This document shows, one piece after another, positions 39,227-51,176 of a stretch of DNA of 64,000 bases. The stretch's first letter is position 1, and each line of letters begins with the position of its first letter. Made by a program: the position numbers and the translations under genes. Origin of the DNA: Dimorphilus gyrociliatus (taxonomy: Eukaryota > Animalia > Annelida); the NCBI GenBank assembly GCA_904063045.1, contig CAJFCJ010000051.1, positions 1 through 64,000 of the forward strand, given 5' to 3'. The notes under the pieces were generated by a model. The model had not been told where the DNA came from. It was given only the letters and a program-made list of their open reading frames with translations, and searched no databases.

Positions 39227-41860
39227 ATTCAGTAGCTGAGGAAAGGAAAAAACACTCTCAACATATTGAACAAAAAGCAACAAAAAATAAGCATTTTTAA
39301 ACAATAAATATATAATGAAATTTTGTAAATAGATTTGTTTTTGGCGTATGGAAATTAATCTATGTACAAACTTTCTAAATAAATTAGTTTTTAACATGAC
39401 GAATGTTATTATATACAGCCTATGTTGAGTAGATTGGCAAAAAATTTTACGTTGCCATAACTTTGGAACCATAGCAGATAATTGAATTCTGTAAAAAGAT
39501 TTAGAATCGGCATACCCATATTACTATAGATACCAAATTTCAGAGCTCTATCTTACTTAACACCAGAGTTAAGTTGTACATGACGAATATTTAAAATAGG
39601 CCTATAAAAATTTTTTTATCAAAAGTGAACGTTCCATAACTTTTGAACAATAAGAGATAATTGAATTCTGTAAAAAGATTTAAAATCAGTGTCATAATAT
39701 TAGTGTATATACCGAATTTCAAATCTCTATCTTAATTATTAAGGGAATTAAAATTTTTGTGACAAAAATAAAATATAGGCTGATATATGATATACTGTCC
39801 AAAAGTAACTTATCACTCTTGATAGAAATTATCAATAATTGAAAGGGAAATAATTGTTAAGAATTATTAAAAAGCAATAGACAATAATCTATATATTTTT
39901 ATAGATACAAACTTACAAAAATTAATTACAAACAATGAAATTAAATGGGGTAAATTAACAAATTTACTTACATTTTGTTGTGTTCTATAGCAGACAGAGT
40001 GACCAAATAACATTGAGTTCGTAAGATTTTAACTACTTAACAGACACCTCAGCAGTACATTTTTTTTTAATATATTGCTCAAAAAAGGGTTCATACTAAA
40101 CTTTGACACACTGTCGCTCAGAAATGGTGAGAGATAATTGATTTCTGTAAACAGATTTGGAATCGGCATACCCAAATTACTATATATACTGAATTTCAAA
40201 GCTCTAACTTGAATATTAAGAAAAAAAGTTTTTTTCTGACGAATATTTATGTTATATATAAGGTTATACAGTGTTTATATATAGCATTCATAGAAAACAC
40301 TAGATCTCAGCAACTACTGGGCCGATTTTGATCAAATTTGAACCAAAATCATTGTCAGAAAAAGTTATTGGCTGTTGGCAATACATTCGTTATATCAAAA
40401 ACATATTTCCAACTGAAAAAATAATATTATTGGTAATGAATTGTATAAAGAAAATGTAATAAAGTCCATCACAAAAACTGTGAAAGATAATTGATTTCTG
40501 TAAAAAAAATTTATGATTGGCATAATAATATCAGGTTAAGTACAATTAAAAAGATATAATTAATTATTTCCTGTTGAAAAAATATTTGTAAATATTATTG
40601 AAAATTCTGTAAGTGTTTGGAGAAAACTATGCAGTACATGGTATAAGTTTAAATATAGGATTGGTTGTTGTACACTATCTAATCACATAAAGATATATAT
40701 ATCTTCAACCATAAGATATATATATATATATATAAATTATTACAGACTGAAGGGATTATGTATTTATATTAAATAAATAATTTACAATAAACAAAACAAA
40801 TATATAGCCTCCTTGAAAATATCATTTATACAGTGTATATTGCCTTATATTGAGTATGTAGAACAGACTTTCAATGTTGCCATAACTTCTAAACCATTGG
40901 ACATAATTAAAATCTGTAAAAAGATTTGAGATCATTATATCAATGTTAATGTATGTACCAAATTTCAGCCGTCCATATCAATTAATAGCAAATTTAGTTT
41001 TCACTTGCCGAATGTTAAATATATTGGCTTGGATAATTTTTTTTAACGTTGCCATAACTCTTCAACCATAAGAGATAATTGAATTCTGTAAAAAGATTTG
41101 AGATCTGTATAATGGTATTATTCTATATTCCAAATTTCAAAGCTCTGTGTATACTGAAAGCAAAGGTAATTGTTAAAAGAAAAATACAATTTATGGTTAA
41201 ACATTAAAAGATAAAAACAGTTGGATAAAATATGAAGAAAATAAGTGTGATATATTACCAAACTTTATATATGTATGCATATTATTTATATACTAAAATG
41301 TAAAGAATAATAATACAACTGTTTTTACTTTTACTTTTTAAAATATTTATAAAATGCAGGTCCATATTAGTAGTTCATAATTCAATTTTGTAAAGAGATT
41401 TAGTATCAGCAAAAAGACATAAAACTATGTGATAAATAACAAAATTGTGCTTAAAATAATAAGAATATTAAACATTTTATGACGAATGTTTGTAATGGAA
41501 CTGTTAAAAAATAGAGTTCATTGAAAATCAGATCTCAGCAACTACTTGGCCGATTTTAATGAAATTTGAAGCAAAATTATTGTCAAGATGATTACAAATC
41601 AGATAAAAGTCAAACAAATTTGTAAAGTGATTATTACAATGCAAAAAATTAATTTTTATCAATATATCAAGTACTTTTTCAGAGTTATGCCCTAGGTATA
41701 TTGTATTGTATTTTTTATGCATATGTTTTAAATATGTTATATGAAACAAAAAGTAATAAATGATTATTTCAATTAATAATACTTTGAGATTATTTCATTT
41801 AAGATGATCAAAGCATTTAGAAAATTGAAAAGTGAAAGTTAATTTATATATCACCAACAA

Positions 41861-44800
41861 GAATACGACAGAAGTCGCCCAGGGCAGAAGTCGCCCAGGA
41901 CAGAAGTCGCCCAGACATTGATAGAAGTCACCCAGAGCTGTGACAGAAGTCGCCCAGAAGTGTGATAGAAGTCACCCAGGACTATGACAGAAGTCGCCCA
42001 GAAGTGTACTAGAAGTTTACAGTATGCTTAATAAAATGCAAAATATATGAAAATAATTTATGAAGTAGTTTGTATTTATTATTTGTAATCTCTGAGTGAT
42101 AATGAAAGAAATTGTTTTACCAGTTTTTTTTGTAGAGTAATGTTTTACCACTTGATTTGTTGTGAAAATTGAATTGTTAGCTATTCGAATTAAGTGATTT
42201 TCTGCATTGTAATCCTTCAAAAGTAACAATTGTTTTGATAAAAATATTAGTCTCTTTAAAATCATGTATATATCTTACAATTTTTTTTTAATTCTCATGA
42301 TCTTTGACATAACAGGTATTTGAAAGAAATTTATCAACATGGCAAAATTCTGCTTTGAATGTAGAAAAAAAATTAATAAACTAAAACAAGGAACATGTTC
42401 TCATTGTTCTCACAAACTTCATTGGACATGCTTATCAGGTTAGATTTTTCATATTTAAATCTTAATGTTTATGTTTAATTTTGTTAGATGGATTATGCTC
42501 CATTTGCTCATCTATTCAAATCAGAAGTTTGAAAATTGTTTTGAGAAGGTGTGATAATAGTTGTACAATCAAAGATGCAACTAAAGAATCTACTATTGAG
42601 GGAAATATTAAAGAGCCAATAAAAAATGCTGTAGAGAAAGATAAGACATTAGCAAACATTACGGTTACTTCTATGGATGTTGATCATGAACAAGTTGTTT
42701 CTCATTTCTCAGCAGATGCTATTGAAGCAAATGAGCTACCTTTAAAAGACATGAACACAGATGAAATCAACTGTGCTGCATCAACTATGGAGGCAACTTT
42801 GGATGATGAGAGAATACCAACTGTTGAAGATGTTGAGGATTCCTTTGAAAGTTTACCAGAGGAGATTGATGAGGCAGATGGTCATTTCAAAGTATTTGAA
42901 AATGGAAGTCAAAGAGAAAAAAAGTTGCTTGTACACAATAATAATTCTTTTACTATAAAAGGACAGTACAAAAGTAGTACTATTTGGATATGTAGTGTCA
43001 GGAACAAGAAAATCAGATGCCCTGCCAGTATAATTCAAAGAGGTAGCAATTTTCACTTAGGTTCTAAATCACACATTCATCCACCTAAAAAAAACTTAGA
43101 GCAAAACATTGAAATTAAACTGACAGCAAAACAAAGTGGAAAATGTAATATTAATGTAAGTGGAAAAAGATTAGCTGAAAATGCTATACTCCCATATGCA
43201 AATATGGGCAATATCTTGAAGGTAGATACTTGTAAAGAAATGATTAATTACCATAGAAGAAAAACTCAGCCTACTGAACCTATTGGAAGAAATTTTCTTT
43301 TAAATAATACTTTCATACCAGATGATTTTTTAAGAAAAGATATTTTTGAAAATGGTGAAAGAATCATTATTTTCTCCACATTGAAGCAACTCAATCTGCT
43401 TTCAGTTTCAAAAATTTGGTATGTGGATGGAACTTTTAGCATTGTAAAACAACCTTTCAAACAGCTGTTTTCTATTCATTCATTTTTGAAGAAAGAGGGA
43501 GCATTAAAACAAGTTCCTCTACTCTTTGCTTTTATGACATCAAAGAAGAAAAAAGCATACAATATTTTGTTTAGGGTAAGGGTATTTATAAAAATACAAT
43601 TTTTTCAAAGTAAATAACATTTTATTAACAGACACTAAATGAACTTTTGGAATACAAAACACCAAAGAAAATTGTTCTGGACTATGAAAGAGCAGTATGG
43701 AAAGCTGCATTAGACAATTGGGAAAGTGTTACACTAACAGGCTGTTTATTCCATTGGAATCAAGCTGTTTACAGAAAAATTCAGGTGAAAATGAGGCTAT
43801 TTTTATATAAGATGATTTACTCTACATTTTTTGTTTTAATAGGAACTTGGATATTCATCAGACTTTAAAAAAAAAAGAGGACAGTGGTTTGAAATGAGGC
43901 AGCTTATGGCATTACCATTTCTTCCATTTCACATAATTCCAATAGAATTTGGAAGAATTAAGGATTACCTTCAATCAGTAAAAAAACTAGGTGATCTAAT
44001 AAAGTACTTTGAAAGGAATTGGATGATGGATAGAATTTGGTCACCAAAGCAATGGTCAATTTATAAAAATGCTATTAGAACTAATAATGATGTGGAGGGG
44101 TTCCATAATCGGCTAAATGGCAATTTAAGAGCAAATTCTTCATTCTATTTGGTAGTAGATGAATTAAAACGAGAGGCAGATCTTATCCCAGCATATCAAA
44201 GAATGCTATCAGAGAGAAAGATATTAAGATATCAAAGAAGACAATATAAAAATATGCAGAATGAAATATTTAAAATTTGGGAGAAATTTGAAGCTCATCA
44301 GATGACTTCATCACAAGTTTTGGAAAAATGTTGTCAACTCTACTCAGAAATGAAATGAAATGCATAAGATTTGTAGTTTAAAACTCATTACTGTACTTTG
44401 TAGTGTTGTTGTCAACATGTTTGGTTATGTAATATCTTATCTTTTGCCTATAAAAGGGCTTGATTCTGGTAGTTCGGTACCATCTACCCTAGAGGCAACA
44501 TCTACTCTACTACTTCTAGCATCATGTGGTGGGTACCATTAATATCATATCTACAATTTTTTTATTGTCATGATCTTTGACATAAGAGGTATTTGAAAGA
44601 AATTGATGAACATGGCAAAATTCTGCTTTGAATGTAGAAACAAATTTAATAAATTAAATGAAATGCATAAGATTTTTAGTTTAAAACTCAATACTGTACT
44701 TTGTATTGTGATTGTGGGAATTTTCTGCTGTACTGATCCAAATAGAACCTCAAGTTTGTGCACAAGTTTAAGCAAATAAATGATATTTATGTGAAACCTT

Positions 44801-45074
44801 CAACAGAATGCCAGTATTTTATTATTTAATTCATTCACTATTTAGTTATTATTAAATGATGCATTCTATATTTATTAATACTTATTATATATTTCAATTG
44901 TCAGAAATCAATAGAAACAAAGAACAAACACATTATGTCTTCTACAGTTCTAGGCGACTTCTGTCATAGTCCTGGGCGACTTCTATCACAGTTCTGGGCG
45001 ACTTCTGTCACAGCTCTGGGCGACTTCTATCAATTTCTGGGCGACTTCTGCCCTGGGCGACTTCTGTTGTTCCC
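41861..45074 (+). mobile_element. Complete Mutator-like (MULE) DNA transposon 1
   Basis: 9-bp TSD CACCAACAA (41852-41860 and 45075-45083); ~140-bp TIRs built from tandem GACAGAAGTCGCCCAG units; internal transposase. Confidence 0.93.
42339..44358 (+). CDS. MULE transposase with N-terminal PHD-like finger and FLYWCH domain (4 exons, intact)
   Basis: Exons 42339-42438, 42488-43575, 43632-43784 and 43843-44358 join in frame. C-x2-C..C-x2-C..H-x2-C..C-x2-C finger, FLYWCH-like LLVHNNNSF...WIC...C...H.H, and catalytic motifs WYVDGTF, LDYE, GCLFHWNQA and RTNNDVEGFHNRL. Confidence 0.92.
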
Positions 45075-45304
45075 CACCAACAAGCACAATAGGACACATG
45101 AACCTATTATTGTTTTCTTCTGATGGCAAGCACTGTACATCAAACAATAACATATTACATAAGAGAAATACCTTGAGAAGTCCCCCATTCACTATTCATA
45201 ATTGAATTAATCAAACACTAAACATAAAAACAAATGTAAACAAAAACCTTTCAGTTTAAACTTGGACTTTGTCAAAGATTGACATTAATTCTTAAAAGAA
45301 TATT

Positions 45305-45730
45305 ATGGATAATCAATGGGTTATACCCTCTTCAAAATACCACAAAGATGTAGAATATAATATTGCAAATTTAAAACATCAGTTAAATTATATATTTTCA
45401 ACTGACTACAATATAAAATATTCAAAATCCCATATAAACTTGGAAAATCTTTTAACAACACATGTCAACCAATACAGATTGCTTGGTGGCACAACAATTA
45501 AAAAAATGAATGAAGATGAAGAAGGTTTTGAGGATTTGAAAAATGGTATTTCAAAATTAATCAAAATTTCAAAGAAAAGCATGAAAAAATACATTCAAAG
45601 TAATATGGATTTTTCAAAATATGTTCATTTACCAAAATTAATGGAAGTAATTAAGGAAGAAAAAGAATTTAAAGAAATTTTGGACTTGTGTGAAAAAAAT
45701 ATTTATAGAAAAAATAAAAAGTGTCTTTAA
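45305..45730 (+). CDS. Retroelement accessory ORF 'A+' (paralog of 38519-39226)
   Basis: Shares the KHxL..(I/V)F..(L/F)ExL...H...YxLLG motif; PSSKYHKDV resembles PSQYEKDV in ORF 54169. Confidence 0.6.
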   Translation: MDNQWVIPSSKYHKDVEYNIANLKHQLNYIFSTDYNIKYSKSHINLENLLTTHVNQYRLLGGTTIKKMNEDEEGFEDLKNGISKLIKISKKSMKKYIQSNMDFSKYVHLPKLMEVIKEEKEFKEILDLCEKNIYRKNKKCL

Positions 45731-45766
45731 AAATATGGTGAAAAAAAAGAAAAAATTTGCTTAAGT

Positions 45767-46816
45767 GTGAAAAAAGAATTATTAACATTTTATAGAAAAG
45801 TACATAAATTGGAAGAAGAGATTATACCACAACAAGAAAACAATACTACAACAGAAAGAGAAATTGATCAATCAACAAGACCAGTTCCAATAATAGCAAC
45901 AGAAGAAATTCCACAAACATCAACTATTGCAGACAACACTATTGCTACAACACTAAGAAAACAAACTGCAATAACTACAACAAGTGATGAAGAAATTATT
46001 GAAGCTGCAGCCAGAGCAGAAGCAGCAACAACAGCATCAGCAGACACTGGAACAACTCTTCAAATAAGTGATTGTAATGCAGTCAATTATACACAAATGG
46101 ATATTGGTTTATTAGAAGAATTGGGTATTAATTTAGAAATTGGCCAAGAAATTGAGATGGAAGAGATAAATGAAGAAGAAGAAGAAGAAGAAGAAGAAAT
46201 AGTAGATAAATTCTACATTGATTTACAAAAAAAAAATGAAAGAAAAATAGAGGTAGGTAATATGTTGATTGTTCAAAGAACTAATAATATTATTGTAGAC
46301 ACTGGTTCTTTAAATATAATTGATAAAACACAAAAAATATTTCTCAGAAAGGTAAAACCACAATTTACAAATGTTACTGATTATACCATTCTTACAGATC
46401 AATTTATTAAGTTAGGTGATAAAAAATGGGAAAAGGTACAATCTATGATTAAAACAGAAAAAAAAATACAAATATTTTGTATTGAAGATTTAAAAATGGA
46501 TGATTCACTTCCAATTATAACTGGTTGGAAATTAATCACCAGTAATCTTTTTATATATTTAAAGAATATTCCAAAAGACATAGACATAAAAAAAATTGTT
46601 AAGCAGTTACCTTTTTCCAAAAATAATTTGTGTTTTACAAAAAAAACTTTTGACAAAGAAATTTGTCAAAATTTGAAAGTCATGGGATGTAAGTTATTAA
46701 ATCATCCCAATGAAATATTCAAAAAAGAGGAAACTCTTGTTATTAGATTGCTTAAAGAATTAATGTCTGCTGTTAAATGTTATTATGTTGTTCAAAAATA
46801 TTTGCTTTGTTTTTAG
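45767..46816 (+). CDS. Thr-rich/acidic linker plus SGNH-like module ORF 'B+'
   Basis: In frame with ORF A+ across a single TAA (45728-45730); no ATG at the track start (GTG). DYTILTDQF...IQIFCIEDLKMDDSLPIITGWKL...LFIYL; an AATAAA-like signal lies near 46920. Confidence 0.6.
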   Translation: MKKELLTFYRKVHKLEEEIIPQQENNTTTEREIDQSTRPVPIIATEEIPQTSTIADNTIATTLRKQTAITTTSDEEIIEAAARAEAATTASADTGTTLQISDCNAVNYTQMDIGLLEELGINLEIGQEIEMEEINEEEEEEEEEIVDKFYIDLQKKNERKIEVGNMLIVQRTNNIIVDTGSLNIIDKTQKIFLRKVKPQFTNVTDYTILTDQFIKLGDKKWEKVQSMIKTEKKIQIFCIEDLKMDDSLPIITGWKLITSNLFIYLKNIPKDIDIKKIVKQLPFSKNNLCFTKKTFDKEICQNLKVMGCKLLNHPNEIFKKEETLVIRLLKELMSAVKCYYVVQKYLLCF

Positions 46817-47336
46817 GCATTTGTATTAGTTATATATAAATTTATATCTATATTGTAATCTGTTTCATTTTATCTGTTTCATTTTTTAAATGTATATATT
46901 TTGGTTTGTTTGAAAATAATAAAAAAACTTTAAAATACAAAAGATAGTAATTATTCAATTTTATTATTTATCAATATTTTTTTCGTCAGGCTTTTACTTT
47001 CACTAAAAAAATTTCACTTTCACTGAAAAATTTTTTACAGGTTAATGTTTTTCTTTTCATGTGGGAAAATATTTCCAATTAGAATTTATAATAGTATTAT
47101 AATGACTTAAGACTGTTTTAAATTTTGTAAATATATATATATATATATATATCTTTAGATAATATCATTAGTATCCTGTATAATGTTAATTAACATGTGT
47201 ATATTTATGCATTTTCTTGATAGTTAAATGAATCAACTGAAATGGTATATATTGTGTTTGGTATCTAAATTATTGTTTTTATTTATATAATAATTATATA
47301 TTGATTCAATGTTACAAATACTGTATATATTAAAAT

Positions 47337-47440
47337 GGGTTCAGGGACAGTTCGCCCCTGGACAGTTCACCCCATTTTAGAGACAGTTCGCCCCATTTTA
47401 AGGGACAGTTCGCCCTATTTTAGGTGACAGTTCGCCCCAT
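47337..47440 (+). mobile_element. Solo TIR of a third MULE-like element
   Basis: Five tandem GACAGTTCRCCC units after a GGG terminus, similar to the MULE1 TIR unit. No inverted partner seen in the window. Confidence 0.55.
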
Positions 47441-47644
47441 ATGTTAAAGGATAGCTGACATACTTTTTTGCTCTTCTTTATAACTTTTGAAGATAAGATA
47501 TGAGATATAAATGATAAATGAATGATATTTAGTAATTCTATTTGTATTATCAAGATGGAAATAACTAAGAAAACAAGTACATGATGTAAAATGTAAAATG
47601 AAATGTTATGCAATATTCAACTGAACTAAATGATTCAAAAGATC

Positions 47645-47672
47645 AGGGTTAGGTCTTGGGGTTAGGGATTAG
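47645..47672 (+). repeat. Degenerate telomeric repeat tract
   Basis: agggttaggtcttggggttagggattag. Confidence 0.65.
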
Positions 47673-48059
47673 CACAATCAGTACAGACTGGTAATCCCAA
47701 AAGTGCACACACACTTATAACCAAGCTTTGGGTAAGGGTTGGTGTAGCTATTGAGGAGTTGCTATCTTGAGTAGCAATTCCCCAGCCTAAGCTGTAACTG
47801 TATCTCCAACAAAACCACGTACAAATTCTCCACAAGGGTGAAGAGAACCTGTATTTCGCAACTAAAACAATTCACCAATTAAAAAATCCTCACAATATTT
47901 CGGAGGTATTCCTCCTTTATCAAGTGAGAGGGGAAAAGTGGCTGGTTAGATTGCCACCAGACTGATCTCTGAGAGGCTTACTATACCTTAGGATAGGTAC
48001 TGGGTCAATCCCACACTTTATCTCGCAACAAATCACCTATTTGGTGGTCAGTAAAGCAA

Positions 48060-48249
48060 GTCGACCACTGACGAAAGTTGAAATTTCAACTTGCTCCGAT
48101 CGTTATGAAATTTTACACAGTGCTAGATCTAATTGAACTGAGCAACTGTGCAAAATTTGAACGAAATCGGCCCAGCGGTTGCGGAGCTATGGAGCTTTGA
48201 AGTTAACGGTGGTAGGTGAGGATGGCTGACTGGCAGCCTTAGACTCTAT
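48060..48249. mobile_element. CpG-retaining non-autonomous element, left part (interrupted by MULE2; right part ~51177-51960)
   Basis: Contains the B-module motif in both orientations (CCGATCGTTATGAAATTTT...AAAATTTGAACGAAATCGG). CpG is locally frequent on both sides of MULE2. Confidence 0.45.
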
Positions 48250-51176
48250 GGGGGTCATGGAAAACGTCCACAATGGAAAACGTCCACAATGGAAAACGTC
48301 CACAAATTTATGGAAAACGTCCACAGACAATATGGAAAATGTCCACACAAATATGGAAAATGTCCACAGATTAAATGGAAAACGTCCACAAGTAAAATGG
48401 AAAACGTCCACAGCTGAAATAGCAAATGTGCACAACTTTAATAGAAAGAATTTTCTTAACATAAAACCAAAAAAAATATTTACAACAAAGAACTTGAAAA
48501 TTAATTGATAAAGGATTAGTGAGATATCTTAAAAGTATAAGAAAAATATTCATTTTATACCAGTTTTCTTTTCTAGTTATATCTACTTCCTGTTTTTTTA
48601 AGCTGTTTACTTTTGAGGAAAATTCATTGAAACTGCTTTAAAACTGGTGTTATATATGTGTAATAATTGTAAGTATTATTTTTCTTTATTTATCATAATG
48701 TATTATTATTAATTGGCAGGTAAAAAGTAGCGAATTTTGAATTAAATGAATGTTTTAAATGTAGCATTACATCAGGATTCAAAATGGCAGCATGCAAAAG
48801 TTGTAACAAACACTTTTGTGGAAAGGAAAAGCAAATGAAATGTGTACTATGCAAATACATATTCCATGTCAAATGTATTGAAGGTCAGACTCTGTGAATA
48901 ATTTCAGTTTCACATTTTAAATATTACTTTTTAAATAGGAAAATATTGCACTCAATGCAAAGAAATAAACAATAAAGAAGTTATTATACAACTGAATAGA
49001 TGCAAATTCAAAAAAACTCAGCAGAATGAATTGAATGAAAGTAGTGCTATGCAAATGATAATGCCACCATCACAAATTGCACCTCAAGAGGAAGACATTA
49101 ATGACAAATTTACTTCTCCAAAACCATCTGATATTAATTTTTCCTTTCATTTTGGAGTTTATCAAGAGCACAGGATAGCAGATGAAATGGTTAATGATGA
49201 AGAACATATTGCAGATTTTTCTAGTGAATATGCAGTGTCAACAGAAATTCCAGAAACAGTACCTGACTTTTGCAATGAAGTGGAAATTTCAACTGAAAAT
49301 GATCAAGTATTTGAAAAAAGCATGTGTGATGAAATTGAGCCATTCAAAATTCTTGAAAAGGCAAGTGCTAAAGGGAAAAATGTGTTGATACATAATGGAT
49401 ATTGGTATACATTAAAGTGTAATCGTGGTGAAACAACATACTGGACTTGTGGTGTAAGAACAAAGAAGCAAAAGTGCAAAGCTGCAATTACTGAATTGAA
49501 TTACTCCTATACATTATCTAAAGCTGAGCACTTTCACAGTCCTGTTAAAGACATTGAAAATAAACTTATTTTGAAAAAGAATGTCAGGGAGAAAGGCAAA
49601 GTTAATGTTCATCAAAATGGGAGAAGCATTGCAGAGGAAACTCTAATTGAATTCAACAAAAATGAATCTTTACCATCAATAAAATCTTGCATTGAAGTTG
49701 TTAACTATCACAAAAGAAAAAATAGACCAAAAGAGCCTACTGGTTTAAGATTTATTATAAAGCAAATGTTCTTACCAGAAAACTTCTTGAAAGTGGATAT
49801 TTTTGAAAAGCAAACAAGAGTAGTAATATTTGCAACAGACCATCAACTTAATCTTTTACAATCAACAAATATTTGGTTCCTTGATGGAACATTCAAACCT
49901 GCAAATGATCCATTCAAGCAATTATACTCCATTCATGGATTTCTAAAAAAAGATTCAGAATTGAAACAAGTCCCTCTCTTATTTGCATTCTGCTCATCCA
50001 AGAAAAAATCAGCTTATAAAATTATATTCAAGGTAAATAAGATAAATTCAAAATGTATTTCTTTAAATACTGTTAATATTTTATAGGCTGTTTTTAAACT
50101 GACTAATGGATTTCAACCAAAAACTGCCATGCTAGATTTTGAAGAGAGTGCATGGAGAGCTATGAGTGAATTAGCACCTGATGTTAACATAATTGGATGT
50201 CTTTTTCACTGGTGTCAAGCAATTTACAGAAAGATTGGGGTAATGTATAAATAAAAAGTTTTTTATAACTTTTTAATAGTTTTTATTCAATCATTTATTA
50301 ATAATAGGAGCTTGGACATCAATCACAATATAAAAATCGCACAGGAGAATGGTTTGCAATGAGACTACTCCTCTCTCTACCATTTCTACCATCAGATCAC
50401 ATCAAACATCAATTTGAAAGTATAAAAGATTATCTGCAAGAATGTAATGAGTTATCTCAACTGATTTCTTACATTCAAAATACATGGATTGATAGTACAA
50501 TTTGGCCTCCATCAGCTTGGTCATGTTTCAAAAGAGCAATTCGCACAAACAATGATCTGGAAGGCTTCCATCAAAAATTTAACTCATCTTTTGGGAATAG
50601 AACATCATTTTACACAATTGTTCAAAAGTTGAAACATGAAGCAGATCTAATCAATGTGTTTGAAAAGCTTCTATCTGAAAAGAAAATCTGCAGAAATCAG
50701 AGAAAAACTTATAAGCATCTACAAAAAAAAATCTTTGAAGCTTGGGAAAGTTTTGAAAGATCTGAAATGAATGTTTCTCAACTACTGCAACTTTGTTGTT
50801 CAATTTATCATCCATAATGTGTGATTTTTGAAGTTTAAAATGTTAGTTTCTAGCACTGTTTACTTTACTTTTCTTGTAATGTAACATTTTACAATTAGTT
50901 GCTAAATACATTTTCATAAGTTTGATAAGTTCTGGTGTACATAAAAATTTATCAATAACTTTATTTAAATATTCATTTATAATATACATTTACCTAAGAA
51001 TTACACTTTTTCTCTTTTAAAGATATTTGTAGTGGTTGTGGACGTTTTCCATATATTTGTGGACATTTTCCATATTTCTGTGGACGTTTTCCATATTGTC
51101 TGTGGACGTTTTCCATAAATTTGTGGACGTTTTTCATTGTGGACGTTTTCCATTGTGGACGTTTTCCATGACATCC
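48250..51176 (+). mobile_element. Complete Mutator-like (MULE) DNA transposon 2
   Basis: 9-bp TSD AGACTCTAT (48241-48249 and 51177-51185); TIRs of tandem ATGGAAAACGTCCACA units; internal transposase. Confidence 0.93.
48784..50817 (+). CDS. MULE transposase with N-terminal PHD-like finger and FLYWCH domain (4 exons, intact)
   Basis: Exons 48784-48883, 48939-50032, 50087-50239 and 50308-50817 join in frame. CKSC..CVLC..HVKC..CTQC finger, LIHNGYWY...YWTC...C...HFH, and WFLDGTF, LDFE, GCLFHWCQA, RTNNDLEGFH. Confidence 0.92.

Larger units (their letters stand above)
35570..41590. repeat. Dispersed/tandem array of two modules, A (~13 copies) and B (7 copies)
   Basis: A core AGATAATTGAATTCTGTAAAAAGATT...AAATTTCAAAGCTCTATCTT near 35705, 35879, 36238, 36597, 37213, 37575, 39476, 39655, 40131, 40485, 40900, 41072 and 41385. 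B core ATCTCAGCAACTAC..GGCCGATTTTGATCAAATTTGAAGCAAAATTATTG near 36045, 36402, 36755, 37378, 37740, 40303 and 41528. Confidence 0.85.

Noticed and set aside
39227-39472. N-terminal extension of ORF 38519-39472 given in the track
   Set aside because: It overlaps an A repeat and an intron-like region; the plausible start is the ATG at 39226.
35570-41590. A/B repeat array as a CRISPR-like array
   Set aside because: Eukaryotic context, no cas genes, long degenerate repeats, and inter-repeat segments that are partly homologous to each other rather than unique spacers.
41870-51170. ORFs within TIRs (44935, 44986, 48187, 48248, 50994, 51036)
   Set aside because: Translations of the tandem subterminal TIR units, not genes.
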